From Candidatus Krumholzibacteriota bacterium (lineage in GTDB: Bacteria; Krumholzibacteriota; Krumholzibacteriia; JACNKJ01), in the NCBI GenBank assembly GCA_016933175.1, contig JAFGBK010000081.1, positions 3,640 through 67,639 of the forward strand: 64,000 nucleotides of DNA, written 5' to 3'. The notes below the pieces were generated by a model. It ran no database searches. It was not told the origin of the DNA and saw only the letters and a list, made by a program, of their open reading frames with translations. Shown piece after piece: positions 19,212-29,115 of this stretch (the first letter of the stretch is position 1; every line of letters starts with the position of its first letter). A program made the translations under genes and the position numbers.

Positions 19212-20801
19212 TCATCTCAGCACTCCGAAGCGCTGGAGGAAGCCCTCCACGTCGGAGAGGTTGTTACCGTAGCCGTGGGCGAGGCTGATGGGAAAGACGA
19301 GAAGCACCAGCTCGCCGCCCGTGTCGAAGTTCCGCCGCACGCCCACGGTTCCGTTCCAGAGGCTGCCGGGATAGACATCCTCCTTCTTCACCAGGTAGAG
19401 CCGCTGCGTCGTGCCGCTCGCCAGGGCCAGGGAGTCGGGCGCCATCAGGTCGATCCCGGCCAGGGGCGACATGTTCCTCAGGGTGTCGGTGCCCGCCGAC
19501 GCGTAGCCCAGGATCTCGCGTCCGGGATAGAGCCGCCGGTTGGAGGTGTTGTCTCCGCTGATGGTGGTGTCGTGGACATAGAGGCTGTCCAGCATGAGGA
19601 CGTCCGTCTCGAAGTCCGCCGACAGGCTCCCTCCCGAAATCTCACTGACGCTGGCCCCGACGAGGTTCCAGCCTGTGAGCAGGACCTTGCCGCCGTCTTC
19701 CAGATACGCGCGCAGACCCGCCTCGGCCTCGCTGATCTCCGCCGTCGGCGCGCTCACGTAGTAGGAATTCGCCGCGCCAGCGTCCCCATTATACCACAGC
19801 ACCGCCTCGAAGAGCGAGAAGATGGCATGGAGGTCGGAGGGGAGACCCAGGGGCCCGGCGGTCTCGAAGTCGTGGCGGTAGACCTCGCCGGCGGGGAAGA
19901 GCGCGGCCACGCTGGCCCAGAAGGCGTCGGCGGTGTTGCCGTAGCCGGAGTGCGTGTCGCAGGAGTCGAGGATCAGCGCCCGCACTCCCGACACGTCGCG
20001 GACGTGGGTGCTCGCGCTGAGCACGTTGCTGAGCCCGCCGCCCAGGTCCACGGCCTGGAGGTGGACGGTCAGATCGCGGCCCAGGGCGCCGAAGTCGTCG
20101 GCGGTGAGCATCAGCAGGGTGTCGCTGCCGGCGACGGCGACGTAGTCCAGGGAGTCCTCCAGCCAGAAGCGGATCTCATCGATGTAGGCGGTCTCGGAAC
20201 CCGCCCCGCCGGCCGGAGCGTCCGGATCGGCCACGCGGAACTGCAGGCTCAGCACCGGCAGGATGGTGTCGGGCAGGCTCAGGGTGCTGGTGGTGTCGCC
20301 CCCCACCACGGCCCACAGGTGCGGCGCCTCGTTCTCGACGCTGAAGGCGGCCCCAACGGGCGTGGGATCGGCGGCGCCGTCGTCGTCCACGGCGCGGACC
20401 TGGAAGCGATGGGTGAACGTGACCGGCCCCGCGCCGGCGGACGCGGGGACGGGCAGGTAGAAGACGCTGTCGGTGGTCGTCACGAAGGGCGCCACCACGC
20501 CGACCCAGCTGGTATCGAAGCCCGCCGCCGGCACGGCCGGATCGAGGGTCCACTTGAACTCGTAGCGCAGGACCTCGCCGTCCACATCCTCGCCGTGCCA
20601 GTGGAGGGCCTGCCGGTAGTGGGTGGTGTCCAGCCCCGTTCCCTCGTCCACGAAGAGAAAGGTTTCGGGCGGCTGGTTGGGGCGCAGGCTTCCCTCCTCC
20701 GAACAGCCGGCGCCCAGAAGCGCGGCGAGGAGGACGGCGAGGACGAGGTGCGGTACGTATCGCATGCTTCGCGTTCCGGCTCGGCTGCCGCGGCAGCTCA
20801 T
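19212..20801 (-). CDS. Lipoprotein, function unknown
   Basis: The N-terminal 227 aa of the track ORF (19212..21482) are Arg/Gly junk that overlaps the upstream gene. The real start is an ATG at 20801 (abutting the upstream stop) or 20765, giving MRYVPHLVLAVLLAALLGAGCSEEG (lipobox). No CTD. Confidence 0.6.
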   Translation of the reverse strand: MSCRGSRAGTRSMRYVPHLVLAVLLAALLGAGCSEEGSLRPNQPPETFLFVDEGTGLDTTHYRQALHWHGEDVDGEVLRYEFKWTLDPAVPAAGFDTSWVGVVAPFVTTTDSVFYLPVPASAGAGPVTFTHRFQVRAVDDDGAADPTPVGAAFSVENEAPHLWAVVGGDTTSTLSLPDTILPVLSLQFRVADPDAPAGGAGSETAYIDEIRFWLEDSLDYVAVAGSDTLLMLTADDFGALGRDLTVHLQAVDLGGGLSNVLSASTHVRDVSGVRALILDSCDTHSGYGNTADAFWASVAALFPAGEVYRHDFETAGPLGLPSDLHAIFSLFEAVLWYNGDAGAANSYYVSAPTAEISEAEAGLRAYLEDGGKVLLTGWNLVGASVSEISGGSLSADFETDVLMLDSLYVHDTTISGDNTSNRRLYPGREILGYASAGTDTLRNMSPLAGIDLMAPDSLALASGTTQRLYLVKKEDVYPGSLWNGTVGVRRNFDTGGELVLLVFPISLAHGYGNNLSDVEGFLQRFGVLR

Positions 20802-23077
20802 TTCAGCACGAGGAACTTGCCCTGCTGGCAGTCCCCCCCGTCCCGGTCCGTGACCGAGAAGAGGTAGAGCCCCGTGGCGACGGGCTGCCCGTTGTGGCTG
20901 AGCAGGTCCCAGGCCGCCATGGTGCCCGGCAGCACCGGCGGCGACTCCCCTTCGGCCCCCGCGAAGACGCCGGCGGCGTTGGCGCCGGTGTAGGTGTCGC
21001 GGTCGAAGTCGATCTCGGCCACCAGGTCGCCGGCCAGGGTGAAGATCTTGATGTCGGCCCGGGCCGGGAGGCCGGCGAACCAGACGTAGCGGCCGGTGGC
21101 CCGGTTGGCGTCCCAGACGGCGCTGCCCCGGTAGGGATTGGGGAAGACCGTCACCTTCTGCCCCGCCGGCTGCTGGTCGGGCGCGCGGCCGGGCACCACG
21201 TGCTTCACGTTCTGGCCGATGCCGCTCTCGAGGCTGGGCGTCTCGGGATTGCCCATGTCGTAGCTGGTGACGGCCGCGTAGTAGTGATGGCCGTCGGCGA
21301 CCGGCGCCAGGGTAAAGGCGTACTTGTAGACCGTCGTGTCGCTGCCGGCGATCTCCGTGACCCACTCCGCTTCGTCCAGGCGCACGGCGTCGAAGCCCGT
21401 GTTGTAGCCCACGGAGTCGGGCTCCGTGACCAGGAAGGGCTCCCCGGCGCCGGCATGGTAGGTGTAGGCGCCCGCCGGCCACTCGCCGTCGAGGACCTGC
21501 TGCTCGGTGTCGTAGGCGGGATCGGCGGCGATCTCGGCGTCCAGCCAGGCCTGGGTGAAGTAGGCGTCCGTGTCCGGGTTCTTGGCCGGGATGCGCGCCA
21601 GGTCGTACTGCTTCACCAGGTCGAAGGAGGCCTCCTCGTCGCTGCGGCCCACGTAGAGGCGGTAGCCCTCGAAGTCGTAGTCGCGCGTGACGGCGTCCAC
21701 GCTGGCCTCGGGCTCATCGTCCCAGAGGATGCGCAGGCTGCCGCGGCCCGGCTCGACGCGCACCCGCGGCGAGAAGGGCGGCGTCGGCACGGTGAAGTTG
21801 AAGCTGTAGACCTTCTGGGCGTAGAGGGCGTTCTGGACCAGGTCGTCGAAGTTGTCGCCCGCCAGGAAGGCGACGGAGACGACGAGGCTGTCGGGATCCT
21901 GGCCGGGTCCGCCGGAGTAGAGGTTCCAGGGACCGACGCTGATGAGCTGGATGGGGCTGTCGCCCGAGCTGTCCGGCGAGGGCATGATGGTCGACCAGTC
22001 GTCGACGCCGTCCTCGGTCAGGAGGGGGTACTTCTCCACGTCGTTGTCGCGCTGGTAGCTGCCGGGCTCCCAGTCCCACCAGCGCCAGGCCACGCGCCAC
22101 TCGCCCTCCTCCTGCCACTCGCCGCCGGCGGGCTTGTGCTTCACGCCGAGCAGCTTGATGCCCGCGTGCTGGGGCGCGCCTTCCTGTTCGCCTCTCCAGT
22201 GACACTCGGCCACCAGGTTGAAGGGATCCTCGCTGAGGCCGGCGTACTCCTCCTTATCGTCCACCCAGTAGAGATAATGATGGCAGAACCAGTTGGCGCT
22301 CGAGGGCGGCCAGTCGCCGAGGGGGTACTTGCCCTTCCAGCCCGTCGTCATCTCGGCGTAGACGCCCAGGTAGGCGTTCAGCAGGGTGCGCGTCGGCACG
22401 AGGGTCCACTTCACGAGGATCATGGCGTCCGCCGGCTCGTAGCTCCAGGCGTAGCTCTCCTGGGTGATGCGCAGGCCGCTGGCGCTGTGCCAGTCGTCGG
22501 TGTTGCCCTGCACCGGCGTGTGCTGGTGGTCGAGGGTGTCCAGGAAGGCCGTGACGAGGTCCTGCTCGCTGATGGCGTTCTGGGGATCGTAGTAGGGGCT
22601 GTTGGGCAGGGTGCTGCGCTCGCGGATCCAGCCCAGGTTGATCTCCGCCGCGGGGATGGAGACCGGCACGAACTCCGTGGGGCGGGTGTAGGTGCCCCAG
22701 TAGCCGTCCTGGACGCCGGTGGTGACGAGGGTGTCGAAGTCGGTGTTGATGCCGCCGATCCAGAGCCCGCCGCGGATCAGGTGGTCCACCTCCGAGCCCT
22801 TGGGATACTCCATGGAGGCGGCGCGCTCGGCGAAGTTGTTGCCCAGGAAGCCGTGGTTGGACACGGCCAGGGCCAGGTTGCCGGCGTTCTGCGTGCGGAA
22901 GACGAAGTCCAGGACCAGGTCCTCGCCGTCGCGGGCCCAGAAGGGCCCCGCCGCGGGCGGCGGCGCCGGATCGGGGTCGTCGTGGCTCGCGGGCGCGGTG
23001 CCCGCCAGGAGCAGGGCCCCCGCCAGGACGGCCAGCGCGCCGGCCCGGCGCCGCCCGGGCCTACTGGCGCTTCTCAT
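20798..23077 (-). CDS. Large secreted protein with a Por/T9SS-type C-terminal sorting domain. Function unknown.
   Basis: Signal peptide RRRAGALAVLAGALLLAGTAPAS. C-terminus KVTVFPNPYRGSAVW...GLYLFSVTD...GKFLVLK is CTD-like. 759 aa. Confidence 0.7.
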   Translation of the reverse strand: MRSASRPGRRRAGALAVLAGALLLAGTAPASHDDPDPAPPPAAGPFWARDGEDLVLDFVFRTQNAGNLALAVSNHGFLGNNFAERAASMEYPKGSEVDHLIRGGLWIGGINTDFDTLVTTGVQDGYWGTYTRPTEFVPVSIPAAEINLGWIRERSTLPNSPYYDPQNAISEQDLVTAFLDTLDHQHTPVQGNTDDWHSASGLRITQESYAWSYEPADAMILVKWTLVPTRTLLNAYLGVYAEMTTGWKGKYPLGDWPPSSANWFCHHYLYWVDDKEEYAGLSEDPFNLVAECHWRGEQEGAPQHAGIKLLGVKHKPAGGEWQEEGEWRVAWRWWDWEPGSYQRDNDVEKYPLLTEDGVDDWSTIMPSPDSSGDSPIQLISVGPWNLYSGGPGQDPDSLVVSVAFLAGDNFDDLVQNALYAQKVYSFNFTVPTPPFSPRVRVEPGRGSLRILWDDEPEASVDAVTRDYDFEGYRLYVGRSDEEASFDLVKQYDLARIPAKNPDTDAYFTQAWLDAEIAADPAYDTEQQVLDGEWPAGAYTYHAGAGEPFLVTEPDSVGYNTGFDAVRLDEAEWVTEIAGSDTTVYKYAFTLAPVADGHHYYAAVTSYDMGNPETPSLESGIGQNVKHVVPGRAPDQQPAGQKVTVFPNPYRGSAVWDANRATGRYVWFAGLPARADIKIFTLAGDLVAEIDFDRDTYTGANAAGVFAGAEGESPPVLPGTMAAWDLLSHNGQPVATGLYLFSVTDRDGGDCQQGKFLVLK

Positions 23078-24005
23078 AGTCGATGACCTTCCCCAGTTCG
23101 GGATCCGCGACGTAGACCTTGCCTTGGTTGAGGGTCACGGCGCTCGGCTGGCGCAGCACCTCGCGGTCGTCGGTGTTGACGCGCAGGGCGCTGGTCGGGT
23201 CGAGGTCGGCGTCGATCTCCCACAGGCTCGTGTCCGCCATGTCGAGGACGAAGAGGTTGTCGGCGTCGGCGACCAGGGCCACGGGATCCGCGAGCAGGTC
23301 GCTCAGGTACTCGAAGATCGGGCTCGCGACGCCCGCCGGGTCCAGCAGCTGGATGGTCTTCAGCCCGTCGTCGAGCAGGACGAGCTTGCCGGCCGCGAAG
23401 TCCAGGTCGCGCACGGTGGCGCCGGTGAGCTGGCTGGTCCAGGTGATCTGTCCGGCGGCCGCGAGGTGCAGGCTGCCGGGCGCGCCCGTCACCTGGTAGC
23501 GATAGATCTTGTTTGCCGCGCGGTCCGCGACGAAGACGCGGCCCTCGTCGTCGGCCGCCACGGCCGCCACGTCCTGCCAGGCGGGATCGCCATGGCTGAT
23601 CTCCACATCCAGGGGCTCGAGGAACTCGCCGCCGTCGTAGCCCTTGAGCAGGCCGTCGCCGGCGTCGTAGACCCACAGCCGACGGCCCAGATCCGTGCCG
23701 GCGGCGAGCAGGCGCGGCTCGACGAGTCCGTTGAACAGCTTCTTGTGCGAGGGCGTCACCAGGTCCTCGCGCTTGTAGGTCGGGTAGATGCTCAGGCTCT
23801 CGGCGTGCTGGATCACGTAGAAGATGCTCGTGCCGCGGTGGACCAGCATGTCCGTGGCGCCGTCGATGAGCCAGCGGTAGGTGATCTCGTAGCTCTCGTC
23901 ACCCACCACCTCGACGTTGGCGATCTGCTCGGGCAGCTCGGGCTTGAGGCCGCAGGCCGCCGCCAGCAGGAGGGGAAGCAGGATGCCGATGGCGGGTCGT
24001 CGCAT
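23061..24005 (-). CDS. Lipoprotein with an NHL/beta-propeller-like repeat architecture
   Basis: Lipobox LLAAACG. Repeated (V/L)(Y/F)VAD...(I/L)(Y/D) strands typical of NHL repeats. Confidence 0.55.
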   Translation of the reverse strand: MRRPAIGILLPLLLAAACGLKPELPEQIANVEVVGDESYEITYRWLIDGATDMLVHRGTSIFYVIQHAESLSIYPTYKREDLVTPSHKKLFNGLVEPRLLAAGTDLGRRLWVYDAGDGLLKGYDGGEFLEPLDVEISHGDPAWQDVAAVAADDEGRVFVADRAANKIYRYQVTGAPGSLHLAAAGQITWTSQLTGATVRDLDFAAGKLVLLDDGLKTIQLLDPAGVASPIFEYLSDLLADPVALVADADNLFVLDMADTSLWEIDADLDPTSALRVNTDDREVLRQPSAVTLNQGKVYVADPELGKVIDYEKRQ

Positions 24006-24013
24006 GCTCGTCC

Positions 24014-25006
24014 TCAGAAGTCCACGCGGAAAGCCCCGCGGTGGATGGCACCGAGGCTGTTGCCGTCGGTGTAGGCGTAGTCCAGGCCGGCCATGGCGCC
24101 GCCCAGCATGAAGTTGGCGCCGAAGCCCGCCGAGAGGCCCATCTCGTCGGCCATGAAGTCGTAGCCCGCGCGCACGGCGAAGAGGCCGCCCAGGTAGGAC
24201 AGCTCCAGGCCCGTGGCCAGCGTCTCCGCGTTGTCGGAGAGGTGATTCATCTCCAGGGTCTGCGTGAGCAGCCAGGGGTGGCGATGCCAGGGCTCGAAGG
24301 CGACGCCCAGCTTGAAGGCGGCCGGCGGCGGGAAGCTCTCGTACTCCTCCGCCTTCTCCTCGACGTGGTTCCAGTAGCTGCCCGCGGGCGCGAACTCCGG
24401 GCCGAAGTTCTGGATGCTCATGCCGATGCGCAGGTTGCCGTACTCGATGCGGTAGAGGGTGCCCGCGTCCACCACCCAGGCGTTGGTGACGGGGCCGCCC
24501 ACCGAGCTGCCCAGGTCCTCGCGCACGTACTTCAGGGACAGCCCCAGCAGGAGACGGTCGGTCATGAAGCGCGCGAAGGACAGGCCCAGCACCCAGTCCG
24601 CGTAGCCGAAGCTGCGCCCCGTGCCGTACGGATGGTACTCGTCGGTCTCGTCCATCGTCGTGCTGAGGCTGCCGAACATGACGCCGAGGGTGCCGCCCAG
24701 TCGCGGCGCGGGCAGGGCCAGGATGAGGTTCCCGTAGTGGATGTCCGCCGGCCAGGCCACGTAGCTGGCGTAGACCTGGCGGTTGGCCAGCTGGCCGAGA
24801 CCGGCCGGGTTGTACCAGGCCGCCGCCGCGTCCGCGGCCACCGCCGACCAGGCGCCGCCCATGGCCGCCGCCTGCGGGCTGATGTCGATCTTCAGGAAGG
24901 TGCCGCTGCTCGTGGCCACGCGCAGGGCGCCGAGCTCCTGGCCGGCCAGGGCCGGCGAGGACGCCAGGAGCAGCAGCAGGACCAGGATGCCGCGCCGCGC
25001 CGCCAT
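24014..25006 (-). CDS. FadL/OmpP1-family outer-membrane beta-barrel protein (PorV/PorQ-like)
   Basis: Real start MAARRGILVLLLLLASSPALA inside the 784-aa track ORF. N-terminal FadL-family consensus AAAMGGAWSAVAADAAAAWYNPAGLG. Ends ...GAFRVDF (aromatic terminus). Its ATG overlaps the upstream stop (TGATG). Confidence 0.6.
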   Translation of the reverse strand: MAARRGILVLLLLLASSPALAGQELGALRVATSSGTFLKIDISPQAAAMGGAWSAVAADAAAAWYNPAGLGQLANRQVYASYVAWPADIHYGNLILALPAPRLGGTLGVMFGSLSTTMDETDEYHPYGTGRSFGYADWVLGLSFARFMTDRLLLGLSLKYVREDLGSSVGGPVTNAWVVDAGTLYRIEYGNLRIGMSIQNFGPEFAPAGSYWNHVEEKAEEYESFPPPAAFKLGVAFEPWHRHPWLLTQTLEMNHLSDNAETLATGLELSYLGGLFAVRAGYDFMADEMGLSAGFGANFMLGGAMAGLDYAYTDGNSLGAIHRGAFRVDF

Positions 25007-27861
25007 CAGAAGCTCACTCCGACGCTGAACTTGAAGCGCCGCGGGCTGCCGTTGCGCGACGGATCGACCAGGCTCAGGGCGCGCGCCAGGGCGGCGTCGG
25101 GATCGTCCGGCGGCGTGGCGTATCTGCCGACACCCTCCTTGTAGGGCTCGCCCGTGACGGGATCGACGCTGCGCGGCTGGTCCCAGTCGAAGACGTTCCA
25201 GCCCTGGAGCGTCAGGTCGATGCGGTGGTTCCCCCAGTTGATCCACTTCTGGAGCTTCAGGTTCAGGTTCTGCTCGATGGGCCCGTTGCGGGAGTAGTCC
25301 TCGCCGATGGGGCTGCCGCCGATGTCCTCGGGCGTGTAGGCGCGGCCGGAGGAGAGGCTGTAGTAGGCGTTGAAGCCCCAGTGGCCGGGCAGCGGCAGGC
25401 CGAGCACCCGCGGGCCGCGGATGTCGCGCACCCGGAAGTCCATGGTCGCCGTCAGGCGGTGGGGCCGGTTCCACCAGAGGTAGCCCTCCGCCAGCTCGAC
25501 CTCGCCGGTGGCGCCGCCCACGTAGAGCTCGCGCTGGGCGTTGGGGTCGCTGCTCTTTCCCGTGGCGATGGAGTAGGTGTAGCTCAACGAACCCGACAGG
25601 TACTGGCCGCGTCGCTTGCGCAGGGACAGCTCGACGCCGCGGCTGCGGGCGTAGTCGCTGTTCCGGTAGAGGAAGTAGGTGGCCTCCTTGCTGCCCTCGA
25701 TGGGATCGTAGTACTGGACCGTGTACTGCTCGCTGGTCGGGTAGTTGAAGATGTCCTTGACGAAGACCGTCAGGTCGCCGGCCAGGCCCTCGGCGAAGGT
25801 GTGGCGGGCGCCCAGCTCGTACTGGATGGTGATCTTGGGATCGAGGTTGATGTTGCCCAGGTTGCCGAAGAGGTCCTCCACGCCGCTGGCCACGTGGGTG
25901 TAGACGTAGTAGTAGGTGGGCCACTGGCTGAAGTGGCCGTAGTTGAAGAAGAGGTTGTCGCGGTCCGTGATCGGGTAGCTGATGGCGATCCGCGGGCTGA
26001 TGGTGTACTTGAGCCGGTTGCCGAACAGCTCGGTCGTGTCGTCGAAGTACTGCTCCCCCACCTGCTCGCTGAACAGGTCCCCCGCCGTGCCGTCGATGGC
26101 GGCCTGGGCGGCGTCCGTGGCGAACTTGCCGGGGAACCAGAGGTCCGCGCGCAGCCCGAGGTTCGAGACGAAGCCCCGGTACTCGATGTCGTCCTGCACG
26201 TAGCAATAGGCCGTGGTCGGATGGACGCGGAAGACGTCCTTGCGGCCCAGGCCGTCCTCGCGGTGGATCCAGGGATCGCGGATCTCGACGTTCTGGATGG
26301 ACTCGTAGCCCACCGAGAAGCCCGTCTTGGCGTGGTGGTGCGGGTACCAGTGCTTGGTCAGGTCCCACTTGAGGGACCAGCGCTCCACGAAGCGGTCCCG
26401 GTACTGGTTGTAGTCCCCGTTCAGCGTGAAGTAGGGGTGGAAGATCCAGTCGTCGCCCTGGGCGGGATCCGGCCAGCTATAGGCCTGCGGTTCGTACTGC
26501 GCCAGGTAGGCGCGCAGGTCGTCGTTGGTGGGCAGCTGGGAGTCCTGGCGGATGCGGACGAAGAAGCGCGCCAGCTGCAGCTCGTGGAACATGGTGCTGC
26601 CGATGTTCTGGCGGTAGCGGATCGTGGCCGTGTTGCGGTCCTCCACGAAGGCGCTGTAGTGGTCCAGGTAGTTGGACCACCGGAAGGGATACCGGTTGCT
26701 CTCGCGCGTGAGATCGCTGATGTCGTGGCGGTCGAAGCCCTGGTCGAAGGCGAGGTACTTGGTGAGCGTCAGCGTGAACTTGTGATCCTTGTTGAGCTTC
26801 CAGGCCAGCTTGGCCATGAGGTTCCAGTCGTTGTTCTGGCGCGGCGCCGTCACGCCGGACCAGACGACGGGCAGGCCCAGGAAGCTGTCCTCGTAATGGA
26901 TGGCGAGGTTCCGCGCGCCGGCCGGCATCGTGCGGATGCTGGGGAAGCGCGTGTTCATCACCTCGCCCGAGAAGTTGGTGAAGAAGCTGAGCCGCTCGCC
27001 GGGGATCCAGCCGCCGCTGCCGGGGATGGGACCGCCGAACTGGAACTTGTAGGTATCCGTGAAGTAGTGCTCCCAATCCGTCTCGACGCCCGGCAGGTGA
27101 TCCACCCCGTACTCGGCGAAGCCGCTGTAGGTCTCGCCGCCCTCCTTGAGGGTGACGTTGATGACGCCGCCCATGGCGTCGCCGTACTCGGCGCGCCAGC
27201 CGCCGGTGATCAGGTCCAGGTTGGCCACGGACTTGGAGTCGATGCCCTTGGCGCTGCTCGTGCCGGCCAGGGCGTCCTTCATGGGCACGCCGTCCACGAG
27301 GACGAGCGTCTCGTCGGACCGGCTGCCGCGGATGTGGATCTCGTCGTCCTGCTTGACGACGCCCGGCTGGGCGACCACCACCTCCTCGACGGTCTCCACG
27401 GGCATGCGGGCGATGTCCTCGGCCGCGAGGGACTTGGCGCTGGCGGCCTCGGTGACGTCCACCAGGGGCCGCTCGCCGAAGACGGTGATCTTCTCCGTCT
27501 CGATGACGGTGGGTTCCAGCTCGAACTCCAGCTCGAGGTAGGTGCCGTCGCGCAGGCGGATCAGGGGCCGCTCGGACACCTTGTAGCCCATGTAGCTGGC
27601 CTTGATGGTGTAGGTGCCCGGCGGGATCTGCGTGATGATGAAGGTGCCGTCGTCCAGGCTCATGGCGCCGAAGGGCGTGCCGGCGACGATGATGTTGCCG
27701 TAGGGCAGGGGCCGGCCCGTGGCCAGGTCGGTCAGGCGGCCGGCGACGGTGGCGCCGGCCAGGGCCTCCCCCGCCAGGGCGATCAGCAGCAGCGCCGCGC
27801 CCGGGAGCAAGGCGCGCAGGGGGCGGCGCGGTCGGTGCGGGAGGCGGCGCGCAAGCGGCAT
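25006..27861 (-). CDS. TonB-dependent receptor-like outer-membrane protein with an N-terminal carboxypeptidase-regulatory-like domain
   Basis: Start at internal MPLARRLPHRPRRPLRALLPGAALLLIALAGEALA. CarbopepD_reg-like stretch DGTFIITQIPPGTYTIKASYMGYK. Plug-like region (DEIHIRGSRSDETLVLVDGVPM). Large barrel ending ...FKFSVGVSF. Confidence 0.75.
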   Translation of the reverse strand: MPLARRLPHRPRRPLRALLPGAALLLIALAGEALAGATVAGRLTDLATGRPLPYGNIIVAGTPFGAMSLDDGTFIITQIPPGTYTIKASYMGYKVSERPLIRLRDGTYLELEFELEPTVIETEKITVFGERPLVDVTEAASAKSLAAEDIARMPVETVEEVVVAQPGVVKQDDEIHIRGSRSDETLVLVDGVPMKDALAGTSSAKGIDSKSVANLDLITGGWRAEYGDAMGGVINVTLKEGGETYSGFAEYGVDHLPGVETDWEHYFTDTYKFQFGGPIPGSGGWIPGERLSFFTNFSGEVMNTRFPSIRTMPAGARNLAIHYEDSFLGLPVVWSGVTAPRQNNDWNLMAKLAWKLNKDHKFTLTLTKYLAFDQGFDRHDISDLTRESNRYPFRWSNYLDHYSAFVEDRNTATIRYRQNIGSTMFHELQLARFFVRIRQDSQLPTNDDLRAYLAQYEPQAYSWPDPAQGDDWIFHPYFTLNGDYNQYRDRFVERWSLKWDLTKHWYPHHHAKTGFSVGYESIQNVEIRDPWIHREDGLGRKDVFRVHPTTAYCYVQDDIEYRGFVSNLGLRADLWFPGKFATDAAQAAIDGTAGDLFSEQVGEQYFDDTTELFGNRLKYTISPRIAISYPITDRDNLFFNYGHFSQWPTYYYVYTHVASGVEDLFGNLGNINLDPKITIQYELGARHTFAEGLAGDLTVFVKDIFNYPTSEQYTVQYYDPIEGSKEATYFLYRNSDYARSRGVELSLRKRRGQYLSGSLSYTYSIATGKSSDPNAQRELYVGGATGEVELAEGYLWWNRPHRLTATMDFRVRDIRGPRVLGLPLPGHWGFNAYYSLSSGRAYTPEDIGGSPIGEDYSRNGPIEQNLNLKLQKWINWGNHRIDLTLQGWNVFDWDQPRSVDPVTGEPYKEGVGRYATPPDDPDAALARALSLVDPSRNGSPRRFKFSVGVSF

Positions 27862-28038
27862 CGTCGTCGGTCCCTCGAAGATGTCCCGCGGCGGGGGTGG
27901 ATCATGACCAGCAGGCGAAGCTAGCATAGCCCATGGGGCGAGTCAATCCGGCCGCCCCCGGCGCGCCCATCTTCATGAAAACTCCACATCGCGCGGGCGC
28001 CGGGCCACGCGGCGCGAGCCCGCGGCGGCCCCTCCGCG

Positions 28039-29115
28039 CTAGGCGGGATCGCACTCCGCGTCGCGGCCGAAGGCGTAGGGAGGCCGCAGCACGCCGCGCT
28101 CCGTGAGGAAGGCTGTCACCAGGTCGCCCGGGGTGACATCGAAGGCGGGATTGTAGACGGCCGCGCCCGGCGCCGCCGTCGCCCGCCCCGCCAGGTGCGT
28201 GACCTCCTCGGCGCCGCGCTCCTCGATGGGAACGGCCGCGCCATCGGGGGCCGATGGATCGAAGCTGGTCCAGGGCGCCGCCACGTAGAAGGGCGTGCCG
28301 GCGCGGGCGGCGGCCAGGGCGAGGGGCAGGGTGCCCAGCTTGTTGGCAGTGTCGCCGTTGGCCGCCACGCGGTCGGCGCCCACGATGACCGCATCCACCT
28401 TCCCCGCCAGGATCAGCCCCGGCCCGGCGCCGTCGGGCATCAGGCGCACCGGCACTCCCGCCTTGCCCAGCTCCCAGGCTGTCAGTCGGGCGCCCTGGAG
28501 GAGGGGCCGCGTCTCGCCGGCGTAGACGGTGAAGCGGCGGCCGCGCTCGTGCCCCCGCAGGATCACGCCCAGGGCCGTGCCGATGCCGCCGGTGGCCAGG
28601 GGACCCGCGTTGCAGTGGGTGACGAGGGTCGCCGCCTCCGGCAGCAGCGAGAGGCCCGCCGCCGCGATGTCCTCGCAGACCTGCCGCTCGTCGCGGTGCA
28701 GGGCCGCGGCCTCGGCCTCCAGGCGGTCCAGGAGATCCCCCGCCGTCGCCTTCGCGGCGGTCCGGCAGAAGGCGGACTCGGCCCGCTCCAGGCGGGTCAA
28801 GGCCGCCGGCAGGTTGACGGCCGTGGGCCGGGCCGCGCCCAGCCGGGCACGCGCGTCGGCCAGGGCCTCGCGCGCCGCCGTCAGGCCCGCCTCGGGATCG
28901 CGCGCCAGCAGGTCGGCCAGGGCCACGCAGAGGCCGTAGCCGGCCGCGATGCCGATGGCCGGCGCGCCGCGCACGGCCAGGCGGCCGATGGCCGCCGCCA
29001 CGGCCTCGGCGTCCCGGGCCTCCACGTGGGTCTCCTCCCAGGGCAGCCGCGTCTGGTCGAGGATGCGCAGCACGCCGCGGCGGTACTCGAGGTTGGGGGG
29101 GATGCCCGCGATCAT
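28039..29115 (-). CDS. mtnA: S-methyl-5-thioribose-1-phosphate isomerase (eIF-2B alpha/beta/delta family)
   Basis: Real start MIAGIPPNLEY... inside the track ORF. eIF-2B family motifs (GAPAIGIAAGYG, HCNAG, VIVGADRVAANGDTANKLGT). Confidence 0.8.
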   Translation of the reverse strand: MIAGIPPNLEYRRGVLRILDQTRLPWEETHVEARDAEAVAAAIGRLAVRGAPAIGIAAGYGLCVALADLLARDPEAGLTAAREALADARARLGAARPTAVNLPAALTRLERAESAFCRTAAKATAGDLLDRLEAEAAALHRDERQVCEDIAAAGLSLLPEAATLVTHCNAGPLATGGIGTALGVILRGHERGRRFTVYAGETRPLLQGARLTAWELGKAGVPVRLMPDGAGPGLILAGKVDAVIVGADRVAANGDTANKLGTLPLALAAARAGTPFYVAAPWTSFDPSAPDGAAVPIEERGAEEVTHLAGRATAAPGAAVYNPAFDVTPGDLVTAFLTERGVLRPPYAFGRDAECDPA

